Shown: positions 30,595-41,619 of the stretch, piece after piece
How positions within the stretch are numbered: the first letter of the stretch is position 1
Layout: every line of letters starts with the position of its first letter
From: Longimicrobiales bacterium
GTDB taxonomy: Bacteria > Gemmatimonadota > Gemmatimonadetes > Longimicrobiales > Gaopeijiaceae
Assembly: GCA_965204735.1 (NCBI GenBank)
Contig: OZ242008.1
Coordinates: 288,001 to 352,000, forward strand
DNA length: 64,000 nt
Direction: 5' to 3'
Notes under the pieces: model-generated
Told to the model about the DNA's origin: nothing
What the model saw: only the letters and a program-made list of their open reading frames with translations
Databases searched by the model: none
Position numbers and translations under genes: made by a program

Positions 30595-31899
30595 CTACGC
30601 CCGAGGGACTCGTCCGTCCGACACGTCCAGAACGAAGTAGCGCTTCTTTCCCACGCGCACGATCACGAAGCAGCCGTCCAAGGCGTCCTCGGCAGCGAGC
30701 GTCGTCGACTCGGTCGCGCGCGCGCCGTTGACGTAGACGCCGCCGCCCTTGATCAGCCGTCGAGCCTCCGATCCCGACGACGCCATCCCGACTTCCGCCA
30801 TCAGCGCCAAGAGCGGAACTCCGCCGTCGGCCTCCAATCGCGACTTGGCAATGGTCGTGGAGGGCACGTCGGCAAAGATCTCGGCGATCTCGGTAGCGCC
30901 CAGTCCGTCCACGCTGCCGCCGAAGAGGACCCTGGACGCCCGCACGGCGCGCTCGAGGCCGTCGTCGCCGTGGACCGTTCGGGTCGCTTCGGCCGCCAGC
31001 CGCCGCTGCGCCGTCCGCAGGTGGGGGTTGTCGGCGGTCTGCCGCGCGAGTTCCTCGACCTCCGCTCGGTCCAAGAGGGTGAACAGCTTCAAGTACGGGA
31101 CCACGTCCGCGTCTTCCGTGTTGAGCCAGTACTGATAGAAGCGGTAGGGCGACGTTCGGGCCGGGTCCAGCCACACCGTTCCCGCTTCGGTCTTGCCGAA
31201 TTTGACGCCGCTTCGGGACTCCAGCAGAGGGAAGACGATTCCGTGGCAGCGGGGACCTCCCATGCGCCGCACCAGGTCGATTCCCGCGGTGATGTTGCCC
31301 CACTGGTCCGAGCCGCCCATCTGCAGCGTGCAGTCGTAGCGGGCGGCGAGCTCGCGGAAGTCGAACGCCTGAAGAAGCTGGTAGCTGAACTCGGTGAAGG
31401 AGATGCCCGACTCCTCGTCGGCGAGGCGGCGCCTCACCGATTCCTTCCGCAGCATCGCGTTGACGGCAAAGTGCTTGCCCACGTCCCGCAGAAAGTCGAC
31501 GAGCCCCAGGCCGGCCAGCCACTCCAGGTTGTTGGCCATGCGGGCCGGGTTGCTTCGGCAGTCGAAGTCCAGGAACGACGCCAGCTGACGGTGGATCGCC
31601 GCCGCGTTCTCCTCCGCCTGCGCCCTGTCCAGGAGCGCTCGCTCCGACGCCTTGCCCGACGGGTCGCCGATCAGCCCCGTGCCGCCGCCCACCAGCGCTA
31701 TGGGGCAGTGTCCCGCCCGCTGAAGGTGCACAAGTCCCATGATCGGAACCAGCGAGCCCACGTGGAGCGAGGAAGCCGTGGGGTCGAAGCCGATGTAGCC
31801 GGTGACCCGGCCGGCCGCCAGCGCTTCGGCGGCGTGCTCGGTGGCGTCGGCGAAGAGGCCCCGCCATCGGAGTTCGTCGAGGAGCCGGGTCGTCGTCAC
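30595..31899 (-). CDS. tyrS: Tyrosine--tRNA ligase
   Basis: YIGFDPTASSLHVGS, QMGGSDQWGNI, KFGKT, C-terminal S4 domain. GTG overlaps the menE stop. Confidence 0.97.
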   Translation of the reverse strand: MTTTRLLDELRWRGLFADATEHAAEALAAGRVTGYIGFDPTASSLHVGSLVPIMGLVHLQRAGHCPIALVGGGTGLIGDPSGKASERALLDRAQAEENAAAIHRQLASFLDFDCRSNPARMANNLEWLAGLGLVDFLRDVGKHFAVNAMLRKESVRRRLADEESGISFTEFSYQLLQAFDFRELAARYDCTLQMGGSDQWGNITAGIDLVRRMGGPRCHGIVFPLLESRSGVKFGKTEAGTVWLDPARTSPYRFYQYWLNTEDADVVPYLKLFTLLDRAEVEELARQTADNPHLRTAQRRLAAEATRTVHGDDGLERAVRASRVLFGGSVDGLGATEIAEIFADVPSTTIAKSRLEADGGVPLLALMAEVGMASSGSEARRLIKGGGVYVNGARATESTTLAAEDALDGCFVIVRVGKKRYFVLDVSDGRVPRA

Positions 31900-33317
31900 T
31901 TGCCGCCGAACCGTTCGCGCGCCACGCGCCGCAGCGTCTTGCCCGTGTGCGTGCGCGGCAGCGAGTCCACTACCTGGATCCGGGTCGGCCGCCGGCCCCT
32001 CGACATTCGGGCGCGACAATGGCTGTGCACGCCTTCCGGCTTGACCACGCTCGGGTCCGCTTCGACCACGGCCGCCACGACTTCTCCCCACTCCTCGTCC
32101 GGCGTCCCGAAGACGACCGCCTCGGCTACGCCGGGCATCGACTCGATCACCTTCTCCACTTCCCGGGGCGCCACGTTCAGCCCCCCCGTTACGATCGCGG
32201 CATCGGCTCGGCCTTCGATCCAGACGCGCCCGGCGCCGTCCACGCGGCCCAGGTCTGCCGTGCGGAACCAGCCGTCGTCGTCCACCGGCAACGGTTCCGG
32301 CCCCTCCTCCGGGGTCCGCGCGACGACCGACGCCAGCGTGGGACCCCGAACGGCCAAGACGCCCCCGACATCGGTGCCGGCGTCGACGACCTTGACCTCC
32401 ACGCCCGGCAGGGGCGGGCCCGCGCTCCCTGGAGTCTGCCGGGCCAGCTCGGGCGTCGCCGTGGCGACTTGCGAAGTCGTCTCCGTCATTCCCCAGGTGG
32501 GGGCTGCCGGCAACCCGGCGTTCACGGCCCGCTCGACGAGGTCGGGGGACGCTGCCGCGCCTCCCACCAGGACGCACCGAAGCCTGCGGGAGGGCGCGCG
32601 CCCGCCCAAGGCGTCCAGCACGCGTCGCAGCATGACGGGCACCAGCGAGAGGTGGGTGACGTCGCCGCCTGCGACGGCGGAGGCGACCGATTCCGCGTCG
32701 AAGGACGACCAGCATCGGACGGCGCACCCGATCGCCGCGGCGCGCAGCAGAAGGGCCAGCCCGCCGACATGGCCCAGCGAGAGACAGAGTCCCCAGCAGT
32801 CGTCGGGGCGCAGGTCGAGGCGGCGGCGCGCTCCGGCGGCCGAGGCGGCAAAGGCGTCGGGGGCGATCCCCACGGCCCTGGGGCTGCCGGAAGAACCGGA
32901 GGTGAGAAGGAAGACGCAGACGCCGCGACGGAAGGCCGCGTCCCGTCCTGGAGCGTTGTCCGCTCCCGAAGGCGCGCTCGACGGAACGGGGTGCAGGACG
33001 CCGCCCGTGTCCACCAGGCAGGCGGGCTGAAGGAGGCGCGCGGCGTGGTCGATCTCCGGCTCGGCGAGCCGTTCGTGCAGCGGCGCGGCCGCGTACCCGC
33101 CGCGCCACGCGCCGAAGAGCGCTGCGGCCGCCTCCGGTCCGGGGGGAGCCGAAAGCGCGACCACCGATCCAGGCGCGATGCCGGCGGCCCGAAGACGGTC
33201 CGCCCATCGAGTTGCGGCCCGATCAAGCTCCCTGTATGCGAGCGTGCAACCGTTCCACTTCAGCGCCACGGCTTCGGGAGACGCGGCAGCCGTCCGGGCC
33301 AGCTGTGCGGATGGCAC
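31896..33317 (-). CDS. menE: O-succinylbenzoate--CoA ligase
   Basis: TSGSSGSPR, HVGG, WGMTET, WFRTADLG; position in the men operon. Confidence 0.88.
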   Translation of the reverse strand: MPSAQLARTAAASPEAVALKWNGCTLAYRELDRAATRWADRLRAAGIAPGSVVALSAPPGPEAAAALFGAWRGGYAAAPLHERLAEPEIDHAARLLQPACLVDTGGVLHPVPSSAPSGADNAPGRDAAFRRGVCVFLLTSGSSGSPRAVGIAPDAFAASAAGARRRLDLRPDDCWGLCLSLGHVGGLALLLRAAAIGCAVRCWSSFDAESVASAVAGGDVTHLSLVPVMLRRVLDALGGRAPSRRLRCVLVGGAAASPDLVERAVNAGLPAAPTWGMTETTSQVATATPELARQTPGSAGPPLPGVEVKVVDAGTDVGGVLAVRGPTLASVVARTPEEGPEPLPVDDDGWFRTADLGRVDGAGRVWIEGRADAAIVTGGLNVAPREVEKVIESMPGVAEAVVFGTPDEEWGEVVAAVVEADPSVVKPEGVHSHCRARMSRGRRPTRIQVVDSLPRTHTGKTLRRVARERFGGK

Positions 33318-33322
33318 GGCCT

Positions 33323-34330
33323 CTACCCCCAGAGCGCGCCGGACATGAAGCCGGTCGCGAGCAGCAGGCCGTACAGCAGCACGGAGCGCGCGGTCGCCGC
33401 CAGGGCGGCGTTGAGCTCTCTGCGGTTCGTGTGCGGGACGCGGGACTGGGCGCCGGCGACGCCGGATTCGACAGCGACGACGCTGGATTCGGCCGCGGTG
33501 GCGCCGAGCTTGCCGGGCGCGGTGTTCGCCTTTGCGCACGACGCCACCACCAACGCCGGCGTGATGCAGCTCAGCACACCCAGGACGGAGACGAACGTCC
33601 ACGGGGACCACCCGACGAGGAGCACTCCCGCCAGCGGCGTCAGCAGAGCGACGAGCAGACAGGCCATGTACTCGTACACGGCAAATTTGTCGCCGAAGCG
33701 CACGGCCAATGTGCGCTTTCCGGCCGCCTCGTCGGTCTTGCGGTCCCGCAAGTTGTTGACGACCAGCACCGCGGTGCTGAACGCTCCCACTCCCACCCCG
33801 ACAAGGAGGGCGTCCTCCGACAGGTGGTGGGCCTGCACGTAGTATGTCCCCGCAACCGCCACGGGTCCGAAGAACAGGAAGACGAAGAGGTCGCCCAGTC
33901 CGTGGTAGGCCAGAGGCCACGGCCCGCCGGTGTAGGCGACCGCGCACGCCAGGCACACGGCGCCCAGCGCCCAGACGGGCCATCCGACCGCTCCCGCCAA
34001 GTAGCCGCCGGCGCCCGCCGCCAGCATGAGAGATGCCGACATGCCCAAGAAGACCGCTTTGGGCGACAGGAATCCGGCTTGGGTCGCCCGCGCCGGTCCC
34101 AAGCGCTCGGCCGTGTCGGCGCCCTTCACGAAGTCGAAGTAGTCGTTGGCCAAGTTCGTCGCCACCTGCAGAAAGACCACGCACAGGAACGAGGCCGTCA
34201 CCATCGCGCTCACGTAGACCCCGTCGGCGGTCGCGATTCCCGTCGCGGCCGACACCGGCGCCACTCCCACGGCCAAGGTCTGGGGGCGGGCCGCCAGGAC
34301 CCACGCTCGCACGGGGTTCATCTCGCCCAT
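33323..34330 (-). CDS. menA: DHNA polyprenyltransferase
   Basis: WVLAARPQTL, NLANDYFDFVKGAD, YTGGP, NNLRD..D..AGKRTLAVR. Confidence 0.95.
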   Translation of the reverse strand: MGEMNPVRAWVLAARPQTLAVGVAPVSAATGIATADGVYVSAMVTASFLCVVFLQVATNLANDYFDFVKGADTAERLGPARATQAGFLSPKAVFLGMSASLMLAAGAGGYLAGAVGWPVWALGAVCLACAVAYTGGPWPLAYHGLGDLFVFLFFGPVAVAGTYYVQAHHLSEDALLVGVGVGAFSTAVLVVNNLRDRKTDEAAGKRTLAVRFGDKFAVYEYMACLLVALLTPLAGVLLVGWSPWTFVSVLGVLSCITPALVVASCAKANTAPGKLGATAAESSVVAVESGVAGAQSRVPHTNRRELNAALAATARSVLLYGLLLATGFMSGALWG

Positions 34331-34364
34331 GCGCAAGGGCGCCGGGCGCGCGCCTGCGCGGGAC

Positions 34365-35204
34365 TCACCACGGAAGCCACGGGTACTTGCGGAAGTCGGG
34401 CTTGCGCTTTTGCAGGTAGGCGTCGCGGCCTTCTTGTCCCTGCTCCGTCATGTAGAAGAGGAGCGTGGCGTTGCCGGCGAGCTCCTGAAGTCCGGCCTGT
34501 CCGTCCACGTCCGCGTTGAAGGCGGACTTGAGGAGTCGGATCGCCAAGGGGCTGTGCTGGAGGATCTGCTGCGCCCATGCAAAGCCTTCGTCCTCCAGCT
34601 GGTCCACGGGCACGACCTTGTTCACCAGTCCCATCGCTTCCGCCTCTCGAGCGTCGTACTGGCGGCAGAGGTACCAGATCTCCCGGGCCTTCTTCTGGCC
34701 GACGATGCGCGCCAAGTACGACGAGCCGAAGCCGCCGTCGAAGCTGCCCACCTTGGGACCGGTCTGACCGAAGACGGCGTTGTCGGCGGCGATCGTCAGA
34801 TCGCACACCACGTGGAGGACGTGGCCTCCGCCTATGGCGTAGCCCGCCACGAGAGCGATCACCGGCTTGGGCATGGTGCGGATCAGCCGCTGGAGGACGA
34901 GGACGTTCAGGCGAGGGACTCCGTCCCGGCCCACGTACCCGGCGTCGCCGCGGACTCGCTGGTCGCCGCCGGAGCAGAAGGCGTACTTGCCGTCCTTGGC
35001 CGGGCCTTCGCCGGTGAGGAGGACGACGCCCACCTCCGGGTCCTCGTTGGCGTCCTCGAAGGCGTTCAGGAGCTCGAAGAGGGTCTCGGGACGGAAGGCG
35101 TTGCGGACGTCGGGGCGGTTGATGGCGATTCGGGCCACGCCGTCCCGCTTCTGGTAAGTGACGTCTTCGTAGGTCTTGGCCGTCTTCCAGCGTGTTTCCG
35201 TCAT
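34365..35204 (-). CDS. menB: 1,4-dihydroxy-2-naphthoyl-CoA synthase
   Basis: [34 protein letters not shown]. Confidence 0.97.
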   Translation of the reverse strand: MTETRWKTAKTYEDVTYQKRDGVARIAINRPDVRNAFRPETLFELLNAFEDANEDPEVGVVLLTGEGPAKDGKYAFCSGGDQRVRGDAGYVGRDGVPRLNVLVLQRLIRTMPKPVIALVAGYAIGGGHVLHVVCDLTIAADNAVFGQTGPKVGSFDGGFGSSYLARIVGQKKAREIWYLCRQYDAREAEAMGLVNKVVPVDQLEDEGFAWAQQILQHSPLAIRLLKSAFNADVDGQAGLQELAGNATLLFYMTEQGQEGRDAYLQKRKPDFRKYPWLPW

Positions 35205-37246
35205 GGGCTCCTCGGGTTGGTCGGTCGGTTGGCGGTCGTCGGCTGCTGCCCGGTCGGCACCGAGGCGGCCAAGCCCAACGCCGCGACGGCCCGGCGGGCT
35301 GCTTCCGCGCGCACCTCCGCGTGGCGGCGGCGGTTCGTCTCCCGGTCGGTACGCACTCGAACGATCTCGGTTCCTGGACGGCGGACGCCGGCGGCCACGG
35401 CTTCCGCCAGCTCTTCCGGTCCGCGGGCGTCGCGGAACGGGATGTCGTAAAGACGGGCCGCATGGCGGAAGTCTAGCCCGTGGGGCGTGGCAAAGTAAGG
35501 CGTGAAGGCGGGCTCGAACTTTCGGATGGGCAGCATGTGGAAGATGCCCCCTCCGTCGTTGTCCACCAAGACGAGGACGACGTTGAGCTGCGGGTCGCGG
35601 GCTGCCAGCAGCCCGTTCATGTCGTGGTAGAAGGCAAGGTCGCCCAGCACTCCGACGACCGGGCCGCCGCCGGCGGCGCATCCCAACGCGGAAGACACGA
35701 TCCCGTCGATGCCGCTGGCCCCCCGATTGGCCAGGACCCTGACGCCAAGAGACGCCGGGCGGCCGTAGCCGTCCACGTCGCGCACGGGCATGGAGCTGGA
35801 GACGAAGAGCGTGGCGCCCGGCGGGAGGGCTCGCAGGACGGCGGCGGCGTAGGCGCCTTCGTTGCCCGGGTCGTCGCAGGCGTCTTCGACGGCGGACCAG
35901 GCTGCGGATTCGGCTTGGGACCAGAGGGCGCGCCAATGGTCGTCCGGGACGGGCCCGGCGGGTCCGGCGCCAGCCGAGGCGACGAGGTCGGGCTCCAGGG
36001 AGACGGGTTTCGGGGCCTCGGCGCGCGCAACCTGCGCGGTCCGCGCGACCCGTGCCATGAGAGGGCCGGCAGGGGCGCGAACGTAGTGGTCGGCCAAGCG
36101 CTGGTGGTCCTTGGGCTGGCGACCGGCGTCGACCACGATCTGCACGGCGTCGCGCCAGCGCTCCAGGGCGGCTTCCAGCGCCGCGGACGTGGGAGTGCGT
36201 CCCGTGCGGACGATCAGGTCGGGCGCGAGGGCGTCCACCACGGCCGGGTCGCGGAGGTAGTGGTCGTAGGCGCCGCAGGGGGGCGGCAGGGGCGATGGTT
36301 TACCCTGCGCGGTCGGCGCCTGGGCAGCCGTCGGGACCGTTGGCCGCGCCCCGGCCGCAAACCGTGCTCCCGAGAGTGGGTCGGCCAGCAGGGGAACGCG
36401 CAGCCGTCCGGCAATCTCGGCCAGCAAGGCGCCCTCGGCGTCCGGGCTGCTGGACGGGCCTGCCACCAGAACCGGTCGTCGAGCCGCCGCCAGCTCGCGG
36501 GCCAGGAGAGCAGCGCCTTCCTGTGCCGGGCAAGAAGGACCTCCACTCCCTCGCGTTCCATCCGGGTCGCGGGCCAGGAGAGCGGCGCCTTGCTCCGCCG
36601 GACCGTCTTCTGGACCGCGCGACTCCTTCGCGGCGCCTTCTGGTTTCGGCTGGGTCGCCTCGGCGCGCAGCTGTTCCAGTTTCCGTGGAGTGGAGGGCTC
36701 CAACGGCTTCTCGAACGGAACGTTGAGGTGCACCGGCCCCGCGGGCCCAAGGCCGGTGCCCTCCGCACCCCCGACGGCGCTGGCCGTGGCCTCCGAGGCG
36801 AGTCGACGAGCCGTCGGCAAGCCTTCCGAATCAGGAACGGGCAGGTCCGCCTCGAAGCGGAGGCGGGCGCCGAATATCCCCACTTGGTCGATCGTCTGAT
36901 TGGCGTCGGCTCCCCGCAGCCGAGGCGAGCGGTCCGCCGAGAGGACGATCAGCGGAACGTCGGACGCGTCGGCTTCCACCACGGCGGGAAGCAGGTTGGC
37001 GACCGCTGTCCCCGAAGTGGCGACGACGGCCGCCGGCCGCCTGGAGCGCCGCCCGTATCCGAGCGCGAAGAAGGCCGCGCACCTCTCGTCCACGTGCACC
37101 CGTGCGCGGACTCCCGGAAACGACCGAACCGCCAGCACCAGCGGCGCCGACCTGGAGCCGGGGGCGATCTCGACTTCGGTCACGCCTCCGCGCACGAGAG
37201 CCCCGACGATCTCGCGAGCCCAGGCGAAGTTGATCTCGCCGGTCAT
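35201..37246 (-). CDS. menD: SEPHCHC synthase
   Basis: [28 protein letters not shown]-like [32 protein letters not shown]. Confidence 0.96.
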   Translation of the reverse strand: MTGEINFAWAREIVGALVRGGVTEVEIAPGSRSAPLVLAVRSFPGVRARVHVDERCAAFFALGYGRRSRRPAAVVATSGTAVANLLPAVVEADASDVPLIVLSADRSPRLRGADANQTIDQVGIFGARLRFEADLPVPDSEGLPTARRLASEATASAVGGAEGTGLGPAGPVHLNVPFEKPLEPSTPRKLEQLRAEATQPKPEGAAKESRGPEDGPAEQGAALLARDPDGTRGSGGPSCPAQEGAALLARELAAARRPVLVAGPSSSPDAEGALLAEIAGRLRVPLLADPLSGARFAAGARPTVPTAAQAPTAQGKPSPLPPPCGAYDHYLRDPAVVDALAPDLIVRTGRTPTSAALEAALERWRDAVQIVVDAGRQPKDHQRLADHYVRAPAGPLMARVARTAQVARAEAPKPVSLEPDLVASAGAGPAGPVPDDHWRALWSQAESAAWSAVEDACDDPGNEGAYAAAVLRALPPGATLFVSSSMPVRDVDGYGRPASLGVRVLANRGASGIDGIVSSALGCAAGGGPVVGVLGDLAFYHDMNGLLAARDPQLNVVLVLVDNDGGGIFHMLPIRKFEPAFTPYFATPHGLDFRHAARLYDIPFRDARGPEELAEAVAAGVRRPGTEIVRVRTDRETNRRRHAEVRAEAARRAVAALGLAASVPTGQQPTTANRPTNPRSP

Positions 37247-38616
37247 TCGGTCCCGGTGCCGGCCCGAGTTCTGGCGCTCACTTCCGCCCGCACCATCGCT
37301 CGCAGCACCGGCTGGAACTTGATCTCGGTCTCCTCCCACTCCGACACCGGGTCCGAGCCCGCCACGATGCCGGCCCCCGCGAAGAGTCGCCACGAGCCGT
37401 CGCAGAGCACGGCCGACCGCAGCGCCGGAACGAAGATTCCCCGGCCGTCCGAGTCCAGCCATCCCACCGGGCCGGCGTACCAGCCGCGGTCGAAGACCTC
37501 GTTCTGGGTGAGGACGGCCAGCGCCACCTCCCTTGGAATCCCGCACACCGCCGGCGTCGGATGCAGGGACGCGACAATGGTCAGAAGGGACAGTTCGGCA
37601 GGCAGCTTCGCGACGATCTTCGTCTCCAGGTGCTGGATGCGTGCCAGCGCCAGAACATGCGGCTCCACGTCCCGTCCCACGCGGCAGCCCAGCGCTTCCA
37701 GCCGGGCCACCATGTCGCGCACCACAAAGTCGTGCTCGGCCCGATCCTTGACGCTGTTGAAGAGCCGGTCCGCCAAGTGGGCCGTCTCCACCGAGTTCGC
37801 CCCGACCCCCGCGCTTCCGGCCACCGCAGTCGCCCGAAAGACGCCGTCGGCCGCCGTCGCCAGCGTCTCCGGTGCCGCTCCCACCATTGCCCGGCCCGCC
37901 TCGGGCTCGTACAGGAACACATGGCTCCCTCGGTTCTCGCGCCAGAGGGCCGCGACCAGCTCGTCAGGCTCGACTCGCCCGTCGGGCTTCACCTCCAAGG
38001 TGCGGGCCAGGACCACCTTCTCGGCGTCCCCCGCCTCGATCTCCGCCAGCGCGTTCCCGACCATCCGTTCCCAGGCGCTCCTGCCCATCCCGGTGATCTG
38101 ACCGGCGCGCCGAAAGCCCGCCGGCGCCACGTAGCTGGGTCGACCCGCGCCTTTGGCTCGTTCCGACGCCAGCGCCGCCGTCCACGCTCGGCAGCTCTCT
38201 TCCGCTGCACCGGTGTTCGGACCACGGACCGTCAGCCAGCAGGCGCCGATCTCCGGCCGGTACTCGATCTCCGCCTTCGGCAAGTGAAAGCGCGCGCTCC
38301 CGAAGGGGGACCAAGCAGCGTCGGCGGTGTCCTCGCCCGAAAACGCAAATCCGCCGAACGCCCGGACCACCCCCGACCCCTCGCACCCCCCGAAGGCTGT
38401 TCGGACCCTTTCCTCGACGGTGGCGAAGCGGCACGCCGACGGAGCTTGCTCGCTCCCGCCCGTCGGCAACGAGACGTCCTCGGCCACGCCCGCGTGAGCC
38501 ACCCATCGCTCGCCGCTGGCCCAGAACCCTCGCGGCCCTCCTCTGGCGACCCGCAAGAACGATGCCGGCGACACGCCACCAATTCGGCGCCGATGCTGAT
38601 GCCGCGCTGCGCTCAT
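37243..38616 (-). CDS. menF: Isochorismate synthase
   Basis: KVVLAR, GAAPETL, KDRAEH, LHPTPAVCG, RGWYAGPVG, FAGAGIV; first gene of the men operon. Confidence 0.93.
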   Translation of the reverse strand: MSAARHQHRRRIGGVSPASFLRVARGGPRGFWASGERWVAHAGVAEDVSLPTGGSEQAPSACRFATVEERVRTAFGGCEGSGVVRAFGGFAFSGEDTADAAWSPFGSARFHLPKAEIEYRPEIGACWLTVRGPNTGAAEESCRAWTAALASERAKGAGRPSYVAPAGFRRAGQITGMGRSAWERMVGNALAEIEAGDAEKVVLARTLEVKPDGRVEPDELVAALWRENRGSHVFLYEPEAGRAMVGAAPETLATAADGVFRATAVAGSAGVGANSVETAHLADRLFNSVKDRAEHDFVVRDMVARLEALGCRVGRDVEPHVLALARIQHLETKIVAKLPAELSLLTIVASLHPTPAVCGIPREVALAVLTQNEVFDRGWYAGPVGWLDSDGRGIFVPALRSAVLCDGSWRLFAGAGIVAGSDPVSEWEETEIKFQPVLRAMVRAEVSARTRAGTGTE

Positions 38617-38663
38617 CTATGCTTGCGGCGCTCGCTGCCGACCCCGCCGTTGCGTCGGTTCTC

Positions 38664-38825
38664 TCACTTGCGTGCGGCCAGCGCGTCAATCGATCCACAT
38701 GCATGGATCCTCGGCATCCGACCGGCGAGTCCGGCGTTCTCGAAGAATTTGCTGAACCCCTTGCGACAATCGGCCTTCAGCTGCTTCGAGTCCCCGCCTC
38801 CCTCGACGTAGATCCGCACGCTCAC
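38664..38825 (-). pseudogene. Truncated DUF4276-like (TOPRIM-like) partner of the upstream ATPase
   Basis: GTG overlaps the ATPase stop; VRIYVEGGGDSKQLKADCRKGFSKFFENAGLAGRMPRIHACGS, then a stop after 53 aa. Confidence 0.75.
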
Positions 38826-39997
38826 CAGCGATTGCCCCCAAGGTCTCCAGAGCTCCAAAGCTCTCCCAGCCGATAGCGGTCCAACCAGTGATCCAGGTCG
38901 TCCCGGCGCAGGCGATTCAGAGTTGTTTGACCGTCGTGCTTCTCGCAGACCACAATGCTCTCGGGCGTCTCGGTGAGCGCGTCCACAATCACGTCGGAGT
39001 GAGTCGTGACGATCAGTTGGCACCTCTCCGACGCTTCGCGCAACAACCTGGCCATTCCGGGAAGAATGTCGGGGTGCAGCCCAAGTTCCGGTTCTTCCAG
39101 ACAGACCAGTGCCGGTGGAGACGGATCGCAAAGCAGGGCCAGCAAGTACAGGTACCGCAATGTACCGTCGGAGAGGCGCGTCGCAGGGACAGTGGCATTG
39201 TCCTCCTGCAGATACACCTGAACGTTCCCGTATCCCACGTCGATGTGCAGGTCCCGCAAGCCGTCGTAGAGATCCCGCAAGCGGCTGATCAGCCGTTGCT
39301 TGACGTCGTAGTCGATCGCAAGTCGGTTCAGCACCAAGCCAAGGTTGCTGCCGTCCTCTTGCAGGACGTTGCTGCAAAGATCGTTCTTCTGGGGAAGACG
39401 TATCGGGCACTGTCTCCCGAAGACCCAGTTGCGATACAAGTGTATGTTCTTGAGAGATTCCCCGACGTGGGTGACTTCCGGGTAGCGACGCCTGTCCTTG
39501 ATTGCAGAAAGCATCGACTCGCCAGACCCCACACCGTATTCTTCGATGCCAACGCCTGCCTCCCGCTGGCCGGCCGAGTCGTGCAAGTAAACCTGGTCCG
39601 CGGTTCTCGAGCCGAAGATCTTCTCCCTGTTGCCGTCGAGACCTAGTTCTTCGATCTGCACGTCCATGCCGCGGGGGGCCCCCAACATCTCCACGGAGTA
39701 GAACAGGTCTTGCCCAGCAGTCGTGCTCGTCGGGCTATCAGCGGGTCCCTCGAGAACTACGTCTACCCGAACGAGATAGGGTTCGCCCTTCCACGCCCAC
39801 TCCCCGGAATCGCCTCGCTTCCTTGTTTCGGTCCCGAGGTCGGTCGGCAGCGCCTTCAGCAACCCCATCACTTCGATCAAGTTGGACTTGCCCGAGGCGT
39901 TGGGACCGATCAGCACGGTCAGGGGCTCCATCTCCAGCTCCATGCCGTTCGGACCGAACGACAGGATGTTCTCGAGCCTTATCCTGCGCATCAACAT
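38822..39997 (-). CDS. ABC-type ATPase (AAA_21/AAA_15 family)
   Basis: GPNASGKSN Walker A, LSDGT signature, CLEEPELGLHP Walker B, TTHS. Confidence 0.93.
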   Translation of the reverse strand: MLMRRIRLENILSFGPNGMELEMEPLTVLIGPNASGKSNLIEVMGLLKALPTDLGTETRKRGDSGEWAWKGEPYLVRVDVVLEGPADSPTSTTAGQDLFYSVEMLGAPRGMDVQIEELGLDGNREKIFGSRTADQVYLHDSAGQREAGVGIEEYGVGSGESMLSAIKDRRRYPEVTHVGESLKNIHLYRNWVFGRQCPIRLPQKNDLCSNVLQEDGSNLGLVLNRLAIDYDVKQRLISRLRDLYDGLRDLHIDVGYGNVQVYLQEDNATVPATRLSDGTLRYLYLLALLCDPSPPALVCLEEPELGLHPDILPGMARLLREASERCQLIVTTHSDVIVDALTETPESIVVCEKHDGQTTLNRLRRDDLDHWLDRYRLGELWSSGDLGGNRW

Positions 39998-40007
39998 GAG
40001 CGCCTTC

Positions 40008-41609
40008 TCAACGCTGGGCCCGGCCCGGCGCCCCGACGCCTGCCGGCTCGGCGACCCCCGTCATCCCGGCCACCGCCTCCCGCACGACCGTCAGCGCCAA
40101 GTCCGCGTGCTCCCGACGAGTGCGGAACGACAGCACGGCGAAGCGGAGCCAGATGCGGCCGTTCAAGGTCGTGGACGAAATGAAGATCCGGCCATCGGCG
40201 TGAATGCGCTGGACCAGCCGCTCGTTGGCCGCGTCGACCGCTTCCGCGTCGGCATCGGCGTCGCACCCGGGCGGGACGTGTCGAAAGAGGACCACCGACA
40301 GGTCGGGCTCGGGTCCGACCTCGATATGGGGCAATCGCTGAACGGCCTCGTGTAGGTAGCGGGCCAGCCAGTACTTCTCGCTGATGCACGCGCGGAACGG
40401 GGCCACGCCGAAGAGCTGCAGCGGAAGCCACAGGCGCATCGCTCGGAAGTGGCGCGTGAGCTCCGGCGAGTGGTCGGCGGGCGAGGGCGCGTCTTCCTCG
40501 GTCCAGGTGTCCCGCAGGTACGGCGCGGCGCGCATGTGGGCGTTGCGCAGCGCTTCCCGGTCTCGGACCACCAACGCCCCGGAGCCGTAGGGAAGGAAGA
40601 GTCCCTTGTGGGGGTCCAGGACGACGGAGTCGGCCCGATGAAGCTCCCGAAGCGGCGCCGGCGCCTCGGGCGAGAGCAGGAAGAAGCCGCCGTAGGCTGC
40701 GTCCACGTGGTGCCAGAGCCCGTGCGCTTCGGCCACGTCGGCAATCTCGCCGACCGGATCGACGGCGCCCGTGTCGGTGGTGCCTGCCGACGCCACGACC
40801 ATGAAAGGCCGCAGCCCCGCTTCCAGGTCCGCCTCGATCCGGGCAGCCAAGTCGGGGGCCGACATGCGGTAGCGGTCGTCCATCTCCACGTGGTGCACCG
40901 GGCTCTCGCGCATCCCGGCGATGACCAGGGCCTTGCCGACGCAGTGGTGCACGTGGCGGGTCGAGTACACGACCGCCCGGGGCACGTCGGCGGCTCGGAC
41001 GCCCAGGGCCTCCCGGGCGGTCACGACGGCCGTCAGGTTGGCGATCGAGCCCCCGCTGGCAAGGTCGCCGCCGGCCCCCTCTCCGTAGCCCACCAGGTCG
41101 GCCAGCCACCGGATCAGGAGGGCGTTCATGCGGACGGCCCCCGGCGACGTGAAGTAGATGCCTGCGAAGCGGTTGGTCACCGCGGCCAGGTAGTCGGCCA
41201 GCGACGACGGGTAGAGGCCGCCCCCCGGGATGTAGCCCAGGTGTCCGGGCGCCGCCGGGTTGAGGGACGGCTGGTCCACGCACGCATCGATCGTCGCCAC
41301 GATCTCGTCGATGGGTCGGCCCGTCTCGGAGATCGGATGGTCCGTGATGCCCGCCCCGTCGTCCCCCGCCTGGTTGTACGTCTTGCACTCGGCGAGCCCG
41401 TCGAGGAATCGTTCGGCGTAGGCGACCACTTCGTCGCGAAGGCGCTTGCGTTGGGCCGGGCTGGGCTCCAGAGGCGCGGCTTGGCGGGCCAGGTCGTCGA
41501 TCCGGGCCGCCAGCTCCCGCAGCTTCGGCGACGCCGCCTCGTGCGGATCGAGCGCCGGCGACCCGAAGAGCCGTTTCCCGTTCGCCCTGCCGGACGCGGC
41601 CTCGTTCAC
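40008..41609 (-). CDS. Group II PLP-dependent amino-acid decarboxylase
   Basis: SGGSIAN, AGTTDTGAVDP, HVDAAYGG, DPHK (PLP lysine), ELTRHFRA. Confidence 0.92.
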   Translation of the reverse strand: MNEAASGRANGKRLFGSPALDPHEAASPKLRELAARIDDLARQAAPLEPSPAQRKRLRDEVVAYAERFLDGLAECKTYNQAGDDGAGITDHPISETGRPIDEIVATIDACVDQPSLNPAAPGHLGYIPGGGLYPSSLADYLAAVTNRFAGIYFTSPGAVRMNALLIRWLADLVGYGEGAGGDLASGGSIANLTAVVTAREALGVRAADVPRAVVYSTRHVHHCVGKALVIAGMRESPVHHVEMDDRYRMSAPDLAARIEADLEAGLRPFMVVASAGTTDTGAVDPVGEIADVAEAHGLWHHVDAAYGGFFLLSPEAPAPLRELHRADSVVLDPHKGLFLPYGSGALVVRDREALRNAHMRAAPYLRDTWTEEDAPSPADHSPELTRHFRAMRLWLPLQLFGVAPFRACISEKYWLARYLHEAVQRLPHIEVGPEPDLSVVLFRHVPPGCDADADAEAVDAANERLVQRIHADGRIFISSTTLNGRIWLRFAVLSFRTRREHADLALTVVREAVAGMTGVAEPAGVGAPGRAQR

Positions 41610-41619
41610 CGTTCCGTGA

